From Gammaproteobacteria bacterium (lineage in GTDB: Bacteria > Pseudomonadota > Gammaproteobacteria > Enterobacterales > GCA-2746155): a stretch of DNA of 63,195 bases. The notes beneath the pieces are model-generated. The model was not told where the DNA came from, did no database searches, and saw only the letters and a list, made by a program, of their open reading frames with translations. Both the position numbers and the translations under genes were made by a program. The DNA lies in contig JAUUZN010000001.1 in the NCBI GenBank assembly GCA_030589945.1, forward strand, positions 1-63,195. Direction: 5' to 3'. The first letter of the stretch is position 1; every line of letters begins with the position of its first letter. Positions 29,722 through 39,777 of the stretch are shown one piece after another.

Positions 29722-32700
29722 ATGCTTTTTAACGGTTCCCTCACTACAGATTGTCCTATTCGTCAGAAGATGCGTGATTTTTATCGTCTTGACGAAAACT
29801 CCGTCATGGATGAGATTCTACCTTTAGCAGAAATTGAAGGTGCTGCCCGTAGTCGAGCCTGGGAGAGAGCGCGGCAACTCGTGGTGAACATTCGAAAAGA
29901 AAACCAGGGTCAGGGTGGTATTGACGCACTATTAAGTGAGTTTTCATTGTCATCTGAAGAAGGTGTTGTACTGATGTGCCTCGCTGAAGCATTACTACGA
30001 GTGCCTGATGCTGAAACACAGGATAGATTGATCAGAGATAAATTGGCGACTGGAGACTGGAGTTCGCATATTGGCAATAGTGATTCTCTGTTTGTGAACG
30101 CTTCATCTTGGGGGTTGTTGGTTACCGGCAAAATGGTTAATTATACCGATGACGAAAAGCACACCCAGTTTGGAATCTTAAAACGAACCATTGGCCAATT
30201 GGGTGAACCGGTTATTCGACGTTCAGTTCAGTTTGCTATGAAAATAATGGGCAAGCAATTTGTCATGGGACGTACCATTGATGAAGCCCTAGAGCGAGCG
30301 GTTGAAAAAGAAAATAAAGGCTATACCTATTCCTATGACATGCTCGGAGAAGGTGCTAGGACCATGGCCGATGCTGACCAATACTTTGAAAGTTACCGCC
30401 TTGCTATTGAATCAATTGGTCAGGCTGCAAAGGGTCGAGGCCCCATTAAAAGTCCCGGAATTTCAGTGAAGCTTTCCGCCATACATCCACGATATGAATT
30501 TAGTCATTCGACTCGCGTCATGGATGAACTGGTTCCTCGATTGAAGGAATTGGTTCTTCTAGCAAAAAAATATGATATTGGGTTCACCGTTGATGCTGAG
30601 GAAGCAGATCGTTTAGATATTTCATTGCAAGTTTTCAAATTGGTTTTTTTAGATGACGAACTTGAGGGCTGGGATGGTTTTGGATTGGCTGTTCAAGCGT
30701 ATCAAAAGCGTGCAATTCATGTCATCGATTGGCTTAGAAAATTGTCACTCGAATCGAATCGTAAAATGATGGTGCGTCTGGTTAAAGGTGCCTACTGGGA
30801 CACGGAAATTAAAACCACTCAGCAGGATGGGCTTGAGCAGTTCCCAGTATTTACTCGAAAAGCATCTACTGATGTCAGTTATCAGGCCTGTGCAATCAAA
30901 TTGATGAAATATCGAGATTCTATCTTCCCTCAGTTTGCAACTCACAATGCCTATACTGCTGCAACCATCATTGAAATGGCCGATGGCGCTACTGATAACT
31001 TTGAATTCCAACGATTACATGGAATGGGAGAATTACTATTCGATCAAATTGTCAATGAAGACAAGGTACAGTGTCGGGTTTATGCACCGGTAGGACAACA
31101 TCAGGATTTACTGGCCTACCTTGTGCGCCGACTTCTTGAAAATGGAGCAAACTCTTCATTTGTAAACGCGATTGTTGATGAGTCAAAATCGGTAGAATCG
31201 TTACTTTTTGATCCTCTAGAAAAAATAGCAAGTCTTAAAAATAAAGCAAACCCAAATATCAGTTTGCCCGTTGATCTGTTCGCTCAAGAGCGTAATAACT
31301 CAAAAGGCATCGATCTTACCGATATTAATGTGCTTATTCCACTGAGAGAAAATCTTCAAAACTGGTTTGCTGAGCATCAACTTTCGGCATCAGAAATTCC
31401 TGAGGGTTCCAGCGCGGTTCTAAACCCCGCGAATCATCAACAACTCTTGGGTTTCTTAACCCATCATGATGAAGCTGGGATGTTGCAATTACTCGAAAAT
31501 TCAGAAATTGCTTTTGAAACGTGGTCATCTCGTCCAATGATCGAAAGGGCAGGATTATTAAATCAGATTGCCGATGTTATTGAGGCACATCGTGATGAAC
31601 TCATCGCACTTTGTATCAAAGAGGCAGGGAAAGTTGCCCAAGATGGTGTTGATGAAGTCAGAGAGGCAGTCGATTTTTGCCGTTATTATGCTGCTCGTGC
31701 CATAGAGCTAGCCTCTGATCACCGACTGGAACCTCGTGGTGTGGTTCTTTGTATTAGTCCATGGAATTTTCCTTTGGCGATCTTTCTGGGGCAGGTTGCT
31801 GCAGCCATAGTGACGGGCAACACGGTCATTGCAAAGGCAGCAGAACAAACCAGTCTCATAGCCATACGCACCATCGAACTGATGACCAGTGTCGGATTAC
31901 CAAAACATGTGGTTCAATCGGTGATTGCCCGAGGTAGTAAGGTCGGGCAAATCATAATTCCCGATAGCCGAGTGAAGGCGGTGATGTTTACCGGTTCAAC
32001 GGATACAGGTACGCAAATTTCTCAGACATTAGCCGCTAGAGGTGGAGAACAATTACCCTTAATTGCTGAGACTGGTGGTCAAAATTGTATGATCGTTGAT
32101 TCAACGGCCTTACCAGAGCAGGTGGTTGATGATGTCATATCATCAGGTTTCCAGAGTGCTGGTCAACGTTGTTCAGCGATGCGGGTGCTATTTATTCAGG
32201 AAGAAATAGCCGATTCTGTGATCGAAATGATCACTGGAGCCATGATGGAATTAACGGTGGGAGATCCTGCTCAATTATCGACAGATGTGGGACCGGTGAT
32301 TGATCAAAAGGCTTTGGACTCTCTCAATAGTCATGTTGAATATTTAAAAGATAAAGCAACATTACATTATCAGTGCGCACTTCCCGATATGGGTGAGGTC
32401 GGTCATTTCTTTTTTGCCCCGCGCCTTTATGAAATTGCTGATCTATCCGTTCTAAAAGAAGAGGTTTTTGGACCCTGTGTGCACGTGATTCGGTTTAAGG
32501 GTAGTAATCTTGAACAGGTTATAAATCAGGTCAATGACACGGGCTTTGGTTTGACCATGGGCATTCACTCGCGCATTGAAAGTCGAGCCGATCGTTTGGC
32601 TGAACTATCGAAAGCAGGCAATATTTATATCAACCGAAATATGATTGGTGCTGTTGTGGGCGTGCAACCCTTCGGTGGTCGTGGTTTATCAGGAACGGGT

Positions 32701-33531
32701 CCAAAAGCAGGTGGTCCTGGATATTTGTTAAGACTACTAAGAGAGAAGGAATTTGAACAGAATCTTCAAAGTACTCACCAAGCTTCAGATGTTGTTGAAA
32801 TCTCACATACTGAATCTGAACAAATTGAGCTTAACGAGCAGGTTGAACAATTACTAAGCCGATCATCAATGAGTAACGACAACTGGAGAATGACAGCCCT
32901 CAATGATCGTATCTCTTATATACGACAGTTATTGGCCAAAATTGCTTCCGTTGACAGTGTTAATGAACTGGCTGATGATTTAGAACAATCTCTGGTCGAC
33001 GCTCGTACTCAACTCAATTATATTGAAAGTAGAATTGCAAAACCATTGGTTTTGCCCGGGCCAACAGGTGAATCTAACAAGCTTTATCTCGAGCCAAGAG
33101 GAACGGTAGTTTGCTACGCTGATAAAGACACCAGCTTTAACTTTTGGCTGATTTCTATTATTACTGCGCTAGCGACGGGTAATACTGTGGTGACCGTGGT
33201 CTCCGATTTATTTCATACCGAAGCATTGGCATTTCGTGATAAGTTTCTTGCTACAGGGGTCGCAAAAGGCGTGCTTCAGGTTGCTAAACTTGATCAACTA
33301 AAGACCGTACTGGCTCATCCAGTGATTAGTGCAGTGGTGATTGGTAGTGGCTGTGAGCATAAGAGTTTCGTTAACACACAACTTGCTGCTCGAATTGGGG
33401 CTATTTTACCGGTTATTAGTGCTGAGTATTACGATACTTTAATCAGACGTTTGCTTACTGAAAAAACTGTCAGTATAGACACCACAGCATCAGGGGGTAA
33501 TACGTCTCTGATGACTCTTGCTGATGATTAA
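29722..33531 (+). CDS. putA: Bifunctional proline dehydrogenase / L-glutamate gamma-semialdehyde dehydrogenase
   Basis: 1269 aa, colinear with E. coli PutA from about residue 90 onward ('EFSLSSEEGVVLMCLAEALLRVPD', 'RLVKGAYWD', 'ISPWNFPLAIF', 'ETGGQN', 'GGNTSLMT'). The N-terminal ribbon-helix-helix DNA-binding domain is absent. Confidence 0.96.
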   Translation: MLFNGSLTTDCPIRQKMRDFYRLDENSVMDEILPLAEIEGAARSRAWERARQLVVNIRKENQGQGGIDALLSEFSLSSEEGVVLMCLAEALLRVPDAETQDRLIRDKLATGDWSSHIGNSDSLFVNASSWGLLVTGKMVNYTDDEKHTQFGILKRTIGQLGEPVIRRSVQFAMKIMGKQFVMGRTIDEALERAVEKENKGYTYSYDMLGEGARTMADADQYFESYRLAIESIGQAAKGRGPIKSPGISVKLSAIHPRYEFSHSTRVMDELVPRLKELVLLAKKYDIGFTVDAEEADRLDISLQVFKLVFLDDELEGWDGFGLAVQAYQKRAIHVIDWLRKLSLESNRKMMVRLVKGAYWDTEIKTTQQDGLEQFPVFTRKASTDVSYQACAIKLMKYRDSIFPQFATHNAYTAATIIEMADGATDNFEFQRLHGMGELLFDQIVNEDKVQCRVYAPVGQHQDLLAYLVRRLLENGANSSFVNAIVDESKSVESLLFDPLEKIASLKNKANPNISLPVDLFAQERNNSKGIDLTDINVLIPLRENLQNWFAEHQLSASEIPEGSSAVLNPANHQQLLGFLTHHDEAGMLQLLENSEIAFETWSSRPMIERAGLLNQIADVIEAHRDELIALCIKEAGKVAQDGVDEVREAVDFCRYYAARAIELASDHRLEPRGVVLCISPWNFPLAIFLGQVAAAIVTGNTVIAKAAEQTSLIAIRTIELMTSVGLPKHVVQSVIARGSKVGQIIIPDSRVKAVMFTGSTDTGTQISQTLAARGGEQLPLIAETGGQNCMIVDSTALPEQVVDDVISSGFQSAGQRCSAMRVLFIQEEIADSVIEMITGAMMELTVGDPAQLSTDVGPVIDQKALDSLNSHVEYLKDKATLHYQCALPDMGEVGHFFFAPRLYEIADLSVLKEEVFGPCVHVIRFKGSNLEQVINQVNDTGFGLTMGIHSRIESRADRLAELSKAGNIYINRNMIGAVVGVQPFGGRGLSGTGPKAGGPGYLLRLLREKEFEQNLQSTHQASDVVEISHTESEQIELNEQVEQLLSRSSMSNDNWRMTALNDRISYIRQLLAKIASVDSVNELADDLEQSLVDARTQLNYIESRIAKPLVLPGPTGESNKLYLEPRGTVVCYADKDTSFNFWLISIITALATGNTVVTVVSDLFHTEALAFRDKFLATGVAKGVLQVAKLDQLKTVLAHPVISAVVIGSGCEHKSFVNTQLAARIGAILPVISAEYYDTLIRRLLTEKTVSIDTTASGGNTSLMTLADD

Positions 33532-33555
33532 CTCACTCAGGAACCATCCACCACC

Positions 33556-34974
33556 TTAACGGGGTATCAACACATCAGGGTTAGTTAATTCTTCTACACA
33601 AAGTGGTTCTGATGTTGATGCCGATTGTATTAGCCCAACTCTCTGCCACTTTTGCCATTGCAGATCTTGTTTATTCCAAAGCCGTTTAATACTACGATAA
33701 AGAGCCTGAAATTCGACAACATCAATCACATAAAAAAGTAGCCAGGCGACAGGTGCAATTAATATTAAGTTGCTATGAAATTGCGACCTAGCATCAAAGA
33801 TGACCTGAATCGTTATGATGGTATTGATAAACAGAATTACAAACAGTAGTGGCATATAGTCATTGGCGATAATGGTATATCCGTAAAATATAGTGAGTAG
33901 GAACCCTTCCAGTAGCAATGTTAATTCTGCGTACATCGCAACAGGTAAAAGCAACATAGAAAGATACGGACTATGATGTTTTCTTAAGCTGAAAAACAGT
34001 TTACGGTGTTTAATGAACGTCAATAATCGACCATATTTCCATCGTAATCGCTGGTTAAACAAGCTTTTCCAATCGGATGGACCTTCGGTATAAACGATAG
34101 CATCTGCTGCATAACGCGTTTTATAACCCAAATTCAGCAGTCGTGTAGACATTTCAATATCTTCGGTGATTAATGCTTCATCAAATCCACCTACCTCATT
34201 GAGAATACTCCGTCGATAAGCTGCAGCAGCTCCACCAACGATATACACTGAATTGAATGTTGAATCAGCTCGTTTGAAGAAAAAACCATAGAGATATTCA
34301 AGTTGCTGCAATAATTCAATAGGTTTATTACGATTTCCAATAATGACATTTCCAGCCACAGCGGCTACTTTCTCATCTGTAAATCGTTGCACCATTTTAG
34401 ACAGAGTATCTTTGTCCATCAAACTGTCTGCATCGAGGGTCATTATAAAATCACTTTTGCTCAGTTTAAGGCCTTGATTGAGCGCTTTCGCTTTACCACC
34501 ATTTGGCAGTTGCAGATAGCGAATGGTCGTTTTGGAATTGCTGCTTTTAACAAATTGTTTAATAAATCGATTGACCAGTTGATGGGTATTGTCAGTGGAG
34601 CCATCATTAATCACGATGACTTCAAAATTAGGGTAATCACTGGCGATTACAGATTCGAGCGTTTTGATAATGCCAACCTCTTCATTCCAAGCTGGAACTA
34701 AGACACTTACAGTTGGTGTGGAACTGACTTTTAAATCTGTGGTATTAATACTTCTTCTTCGTTCAACAAAGGAATAAAAGGGTAAAGTGACTAGCTGAAT
34801 GACATACTTGATGATGATGGGCAGTAGGATAATGAATATTCCAACTCTTAGACCTGTTAGTGAGTCATAGGCAATATAGTTTGTTGTGAATGCTAAATAA
34901 ACAACGCTAGCTGTTATACAGTAAAGAACAAATAATGTCCCAGTACGCTTGAGGGTCGAATTTAGTTGATTCAT
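33556..34974 (-). CDS. Processive family-2 glycosyltransferase (PgaC/IcaA/NodC-like synthase)
   Basis: 'VLVPAWNEE', 'NDGSTDNT', 'LDADS', 'TEDIEMS' and 'QRLRW' (Q-x-x-RW), flanked by TM helices on both sides. I start at the ATG at 34974; the track ORF begins at TTG 35121, so the start is uncertain. Confidence 0.8.
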   Translation of the reverse strand: MNQLNSTLKRTGTLFVLYCITASVVYLAFTTNYIAYDSLTGLRVGIFIILLPIIIKYVIQLVTLPFYSFVERRRSINTTDLKVSSTPTVSVLVPAWNEEVGIIKTLESVIASDYPNFEVIVINDGSTDNTHQLVNRFIKQFVKSSNSKTTIRYLQLPNGGKAKALNQGLKLSKSDFIMTLDADSLMDKDTLSKMVQRFTDEKVAAVAGNVIIGNRNKPIELLQQLEYLYGFFFKRADSTFNSVYIVGGAAAAYRRSILNEVGGFDEALITEDIEMSTRLLNLGYKTRYAADAIVYTEGPSDWKSLFNQRLRWKYGRLLTFIKHRKLFFSLRKHHSPYLSMLLLPVAMYAELTLLLEGFLLTIFYGYTIIANDYMPLLFVILFINTIITIQVIFDARSQFHSNLILIAPVAWLLFYVIDVVEFQALYRSIKRLWNKQDLQWQKWQRVGLIQSASTSEPLCVEELTNPDVLIPR

Positions 34975-35155
34975 AAGAATTTCACTGTTTGATAAATCTA
35001 CACTGTAAATGTGCAAATTTACGCCGACATAATCGTCTGATATCCAATTTGGTTGCGGATTATGCCACTGAATGCGAACCAGTGGAAGTGTTTTGATTAA
35101 AAAATGAGCACTGCGTTGCAATAGTGTTATAACGACCTAATGGAACTTAAATTGA

Positions 35156-36085
35156 TTAATTAATTTCCAGATATTCCATGGCTTGTTGTAGGGGGGATTG
35201 ATTTGGATTATTAAGGTCTATCCAATGAATAATGTGACCCTTACGTTCAACTCTTCGTAACCAGGTGTGTTGTTTTTTAGCAAACTGATGGATTGCTGTA
35301 TTTAATAGCTCAAATAGTTCATTAGAGTCTAATTGTCCCTTGAGATGTTTGGCGATGAACCGATACTCTAGCCCAAGGAAATCCAGCTTTTCCAAACTGA
35401 CGCCATTGTTTATAAGTGTCTCAACTTCATCGATCATTCCATCTTCAAATCGTTGCTTGAGTCGAGTAGTAATATTTTCTCTCACACGACTTCTCTCTAA
35501 ACTTAGAGCAAAAATAAAGGGGGTAATCTTCGGCAAGGGCGGCAAAGATGAGCTGTTTTTTAACTCAGCTTCAGCTATTTCAATGGCCCTGATAATTCGC
35601 TCTGGTTCAATTAAATCGGTGGTGTTATGTTGCTCAGGTTTGAGTTTGAGTAAACGCCCAGCAAGCTGTTCTTGGTTTAAAAGGTTAAGTTCTTTTCTAA
35701 GAGACCTGTTTTCATCGACCTTAAGCATTCGGTAACCATTAAGAACAGAATCAACATATAGGGCTGAACCTCCAGCTAGAATAGGTATGGATTTGTTTTC
35801 GGTAACCTGTTTAAAGGCCTGATAAAAGTCTTTCTGAAAATCAAATACATTATATTCATAGTCGGGATCAACAATATCAATAAGATGATAGGGGATATCA
35901 CCGTATTCTTTAAGATCTTTACCACTGCCGATGTCTAGACCTCGATAAACCTGCCGAGAGTCTGCTGATATGATCTCAGCCTTTAGTTTTTTGGCTAAGG
36001 ATACAGCAAGATTTGTTTTACCGGTCGCAGTAGGGCCAAGTATTGCAATTAGATTATAATCTTCAACCATGTTGAGTACTTTCAT
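35156..36085 (-). CDS. miaA: tRNA dimethylallyltransferase family protein, MiaA2-like variant
   Basis: 309 aa. P-loop 'GPTATGKT' and 'SADSRQVYRGLDIGSGKD'; canonical gammaproteobacterial MiaA reads ...DIGTAKP. Not in the usual mutL-miaA-hfq context. Confidence 0.7.
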   Translation of the reverse strand: MKVLNMVEDYNLIAILGPTATGKTNLAVSLAKKLKAEIISADSRQVYRGLDIGSGKDLKEYGDIPYHLIDIVDPDYEYNVFDFQKDFYQAFKQVTENKSIPILAGGSALYVDSVLNGYRMLKVDENRSLRKELNLLNQEQLAGRLLKLKPEQHNTTDLIEPERIIRAIEIAEAELKNSSSLPPLPKITPFIFALSLERSRVRENITTRLKQRFEDGMIDEVETLINNGVSLEKLDFLGLEYRFIAKHLKGQLDSNELFELLNTAIHQFAKKQHTWLRRVERKGHIIHWIDLNNPNQSPLQQAMEYLEIN

Positions 36086-36361
36086 GTGTCCTGTTGATCA
36101 GACGTTTAAAATATTGATTAAATTCTGACGCTGCTAAGATGAGTCAATTGCTAGAATAAACAGCGGCGCAAGCATCGTCAATTGAAACTGATTAAACCCT
36201 GTCATCAAAATGCTATTAATAATAGCGATTATTAATAAAAAGAGAGCATCTAATTTGAAAATTAAGTTGAATAATAGTCAGTAAAAAGGGCCTCTCAATT
36301 GCTATTAACAGTGACTCTATGATTTAATTCTAACTATCAATCAACTTGAAACATTTGTAGT

Positions 36362-36381
36362 GAAAATTCGATGGAATTTTC
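36362..36381. promoter_or_regulatory. Perfect 8-bp inverted repeat GAAAATTC-GATG-GAATTTTC just upstream of the DAHP synthase RBS
   Basis: Read directly: 36362-36369 is the reverse complement of 36374-36381. It ends 15 nt before the ATG at 36397. Could be an operator or a 5'-UTR hairpin. Confidence 0.3.
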
Positions 36382-36396
36382 ATAATCAGGAACCTA

Positions 36397-37446
36397 ATGA
36401 AAACGAAGCTAAATAACGTCAATGTCTACGAAGAACAGATTCTCAGCACACCTGTAGATTTAAAAATGGAATTCCCTCTCTCTGATAAGGGTCGGGCTAA
36501 CATCCTAGACTATCGTCACCAGTTGGGTGAAATCATGGAAGGAAAAGATAAGCGATTGCTTATCGTGACCGGTCCTTGTTCAATCCACGATATCGATTCA
36601 GCCAAAGAATATGCCAGAAGATTAAAAAAACTCCATGATAAATATGCCGATAAATTTTTTATTGTCATGCGAGTCTATTTTGAAAAGCCGAGAACCACGG
36701 TGGGTTGGAAAGGGCTTATTAATGACCCTTTTTTAAATGATACCTTTGATGTAGAAGCAGGGCTTCGCAAGGCACGAGAATTACTAATCTGGATCGCGGA
36801 ACTCGGACTACCCGCTGGTACCGAAATGTTAGACCCGATTACACCTCAATATCTTGCAGAACTTTTCTGCTGGTCGGCCATTGGTGCCCGCACTACTGAA
36901 TCACAAACTCATCGAGAGATGGCGTCTGGATTATCGATGCCGGTTGGGTTTAAAAATGGCACCGATGGAAACGTTGAAGTAGCAATCAATGCCTTGAGTT
37001 CTGCGTCAAATGAACATAATTTTCTTGGAATTAATACTGAAGGTGCGGTGGCATTAATCAAAACCAAAGGAAATCCTCATGGTCACATTATTTTACGAGG
37101 CGGAAAAACGCCTAATTATGATTCTGTTCAGGTTTCCATTTTAGAAGAGAGATTAAAGGAAGAGAAACGTCCTTCTCGATTTGTTATCGATTGTAGCCAT
37201 GGAAATTCGGAAAAAGATTATAAGCGACAACCTTTGGTGCTTAGAAACGTGATTGAACAAATTAAACAGGGCAACCAATCTATTGTAGGTGTCATGCTTG
37301 AAAGTCATTTATCGGAAGGGCGGCAAAATATCAATTTGAATGACGGCCAGATGAAGTACGGAGTTTCAGTAACGGACGCCTGCATTGGCTGGGAAACAAC
37401 TGAGACTGTACTCGAAGAAAGCTATCAGGTACTAAGAAATTTATAA
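36397..37446 (+). CDS. 3-deoxy-7-phosphoheptulonate (DAHP) synthase, class I-alpha
   Basis: 349 aa. 'RLLIVTGPCSIHD', 'MRVYFEKPRTTVGWKGLINDP', 'GARTTESQTHRE', 'VTDACIGWE' are near-colinear with E. coli AroG/F/H. The isozyme cannot be assigned. Confidence 0.93.
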   Translation: MKTKLNNVNVYEEQILSTPVDLKMEFPLSDKGRANILDYRHQLGEIMEGKDKRLLIVTGPCSIHDIDSAKEYARRLKKLHDKYADKFFIVMRVYFEKPRTTVGWKGLINDPFLNDTFDVEAGLRKARELLIWIAELGLPAGTEMLDPITPQYLAELFCWSAIGARTTESQTHREMASGLSMPVGFKNGTDGNVEVAINALSSASNEHNFLGINTEGAVALIKTKGNPHGHIILRGGKTPNYDSVQVSILEERLKEEKRPSRFVIDCSHGNSEKDYKRQPLVLRNVIEQIKQGNQSIVGVMLESHLSEGRQNINLNDGQMKYGVSVTDACIGWETTETVLEESYQVLRNL

Positions 37447-37464
37447 CGGGTTAAAGGATTATTT

Positions 37465-39678
37465 ATGGGCAGTTCAATTAAAATACACCATCGTGCTTGT
37501 AATCTCTGCGAGGCGATTTGTGGCCTTGAAATTACCGTTGAGAATGAACGTATCACTTCCATAAAGGGAGATAAAAACGATCCCTTGAGCAAAGGTCATA
37601 TCTGCCCTAAAGCGGTCGCACTGCAGGATATCTATAATGATCCTGACCGATTAAAACAACCGGTTAAAAAGACCAAAGATGGTTGGCAGCAGATATCGTG
37701 GGAGCAGGCCTTTGATGAAGTGATATCAGCGATAAAGTCGACACAGAAAAATTATGGGAATGATGCAGTCGCAATCTACCAAGGCAATCCAACCGTCCAT
37801 AATATGGAAGCGATGCTTTATGGTCCAAGCTTTTATCGCTCACTAAGAACCAGTAACCACTATTCTGCTACATCGGTGGATCAACTTCCTGAACAACTTG
37901 TTTCATTGAAGATGTTTGGTCATAGTTTGATGATACCTTTGGCCGATCTAGACAGAACTGACTTCATCATCATTATTGGAGCTAACCCCGTTGTTTCTAA
38001 CGGCAGCATGATGACCGCTCCTGGTGTAAAGAAGCGATTAAAATCAATCCAACAACGTGGTGGAAAAGTCGTTGTCATTGACCCTCGAAAAACTGAGACT
38101 GCCAAAATGGCTGATCAGCATTTATTCATCACGCCCGGCACCGATGCACTTTTGTTACTCGCCATGCTGCAGGTTGTTTATGACGAAAAATTAGGGACCC
38201 TAGGTTCTGTTGCAGATTTTGTTAAGAATTTTGAAGATATTGAGAGTTTGGTAAAACAATATACACCTGAATCGGTCGAAAAAATTACGGGTATAGAGGC
38301 CTCTCATATTAGACAGCTAGTTCGTGATTTTTGCGGTACACCAAAGGCAACCTGTTATGGTCGAATAGGCGTTTCAACGCATGAGTTCGGAACCCTCACG
38401 CAATGGTTGATTGTCGTTTTCAATATCATCACGGGCAAGTTAGATATTGAAGGAGGGATGATGTTCAGCAAACCCGCCATTGATGTAATGAAGAAGCGCT
38501 CAGCAAAATCCAAAGGGTTTGCAGATAAACATACTCGTGTTAGCGGGCTCCCCAATTTTTCTGGTGAGTTTCCGGTGGCAGCGCTGGCTGAAGAAATAAT
38601 GACGGAAGGCTCGGGTCAAATAAAAACATTAATTACCCATGCCGGAAATCCTATATTGAGTACGCCGAATGGACGTCAGTTAGAATCAGCATTCAAGTCA
38701 CTAGATTTCATGGCTTCTATTGATTTTTATATTAATGAGACCACCCATCTTGCAAATATTATATTGCCCCCCTTATCCATTTTAGAACGGCCTCACTACG
38801 ATTTAGTGTTCCATAGTCTGGCCATTCAAAATACCACGACATTTTCAGAACCCGTTTTTAAAGCACCCAAAAACACCCGATCCACTGCAGACATCTATTT
38901 GGAACTCATCTGGAGATTTAACACAAAAGATAGCTACTCGAAGTTGATGGGCTGGATAAAAAAAATCGTCGTTCAAAAATTGGGGTCAGAGTGGATTATT
39001 AATAGAATGTTAAAGAGAGGTTTTTACGGAAAGTCACATGGTTTAACCATCAATAAATTAAAGAATAATCCTAGTGGCATTGATTTGGGTGCACTGAAAC
39101 CCTCACTACCCAAGCGACTCTTTACTGAGGATAAGAAGATAGATTTGGCACCAGAGATATTTATTGAAGATATGAAGCGGCTTGAGAATTTTATTAGTCG
39201 CACTGAGTCACAGAAAAATTCTGCTTTTGATTTTTTACTGATAGGACGTCGAGACCCAAGAACAAACAATTCATGGCTTCATAATAGCCACCGTATGGTT
39301 AAAGGAAAGAATCGATGCACAGTACTCATCCATCCAGAGGATGCAGAAAAAATCAGTATTACTGATGGTGACGAGGTGGTTGTTCAGTCTCGTGTGGGCA
39401 AACTTAATATTATTGCCTCGATTACAGACGAGATGATGCCCGGCGTAATAAGCATTCCTCACGGCTGGGGGCATGAAAACCCTAATATTGAATTAAGTAT
39501 TGCTAAAGATCATGTTGGAGTGAATGTAAATCTCCTCACTGATGAGAAATTCATTGACCAATGTTCGGGTAACGCAGCACTAAATGGTGTACCTGTAGCG
39601 GTTACAGCATTTAAAAAGTCTCCCAACAAAAAGAAAAATAAGACCATTGATACTATGCAGAAAGATTTATTCGAATAA
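37465..39678 (+). CDS. Cytoplasmic molybdopterin (bis-MGD) oxidoreductase with an N-terminal 4Fe-4S motif; substrate unknown
   Basis: 737 aa. 'HRACNLCEAICG...GHICPK' Cys cluster, no Tat or Sec signal, C-terminal MopB_CT-like barrel. No in-frame TGA. Only 18 bp after the DAHP synthase gene. Confidence 0.8.
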   Translation: MGSSIKIHHRACNLCEAICGLEITVENERITSIKGDKNDPLSKGHICPKAVALQDIYNDPDRLKQPVKKTKDGWQQISWEQAFDEVISAIKSTQKNYGNDAVAIYQGNPTVHNMEAMLYGPSFYRSLRTSNHYSATSVDQLPEQLVSLKMFGHSLMIPLADLDRTDFIIIIGANPVVSNGSMMTAPGVKKRLKSIQQRGGKVVVIDPRKTETAKMADQHLFITPGTDALLLLAMLQVVYDEKLGTLGSVADFVKNFEDIESLVKQYTPESVEKITGIEASHIRQLVRDFCGTPKATCYGRIGVSTHEFGTLTQWLIVVFNIITGKLDIEGGMMFSKPAIDVMKKRSAKSKGFADKHTRVSGLPNFSGEFPVAALAEEIMTEGSGQIKTLITHAGNPILSTPNGRQLESAFKSLDFMASIDFYINETTHLANIILPPLSILERPHYDLVFHSLAIQNTTTFSEPVFKAPKNTRSTADIYLELIWRFNTKDSYSKLMGWIKKIVVQKLGSEWIINRMLKRGFYGKSHGLTINKLKNNPSGIDLGALKPSLPKRLFTEDKKIDLAPEIFIEDMKRLENFISRTESQKNSAFDFLLIGRRDPRTNNSWLHNSHRMVKGKNRCTVLIHPEDAEKISITDGDEVVVQSRVGKLNIIASITDEMMPGVISIPHGWGHENPNIELSIAKDHVGVNVNLLTDEKFIDQCSGNAALNGVPVAVTAFKKSPNKKKNKTIDTMQKDLFE

Positions 39679-39777
39679 ATATTGATCGTTATCAAGCTAA
39701 AAACTAAACAACACTGGATTTTTCACTTTAGAGTATTTACTCTTAATCATTAGATTTTAATAACTGAAAAGGGAACA

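Noticed and set aside
35340-35735. 131-aa plus-strand ORF inside the miaA-like gene, and the similar 126-aa ORF at 40555..40935 inside sqr
   Set aside because: Both are Ser/Arg/Cys-rich antisense translations of well-supported genes, so they are shadow ORFs.
38982-38993. 12-nt match (GGGGTCAGAGTG) to the REP unit inside the molybdoenzyme gene
   Set aside because: It is in-frame coding sequence (..LGSEWI..) with no inverted partner or flanking REP sequence, so it is most simply a chance match.
37465-39678. Selenocysteine recoding in the molybdopterin oxidoreductase
   Set aside because: The frame is open throughout with no in-frame TGA, and no SECIS-like context is needed.
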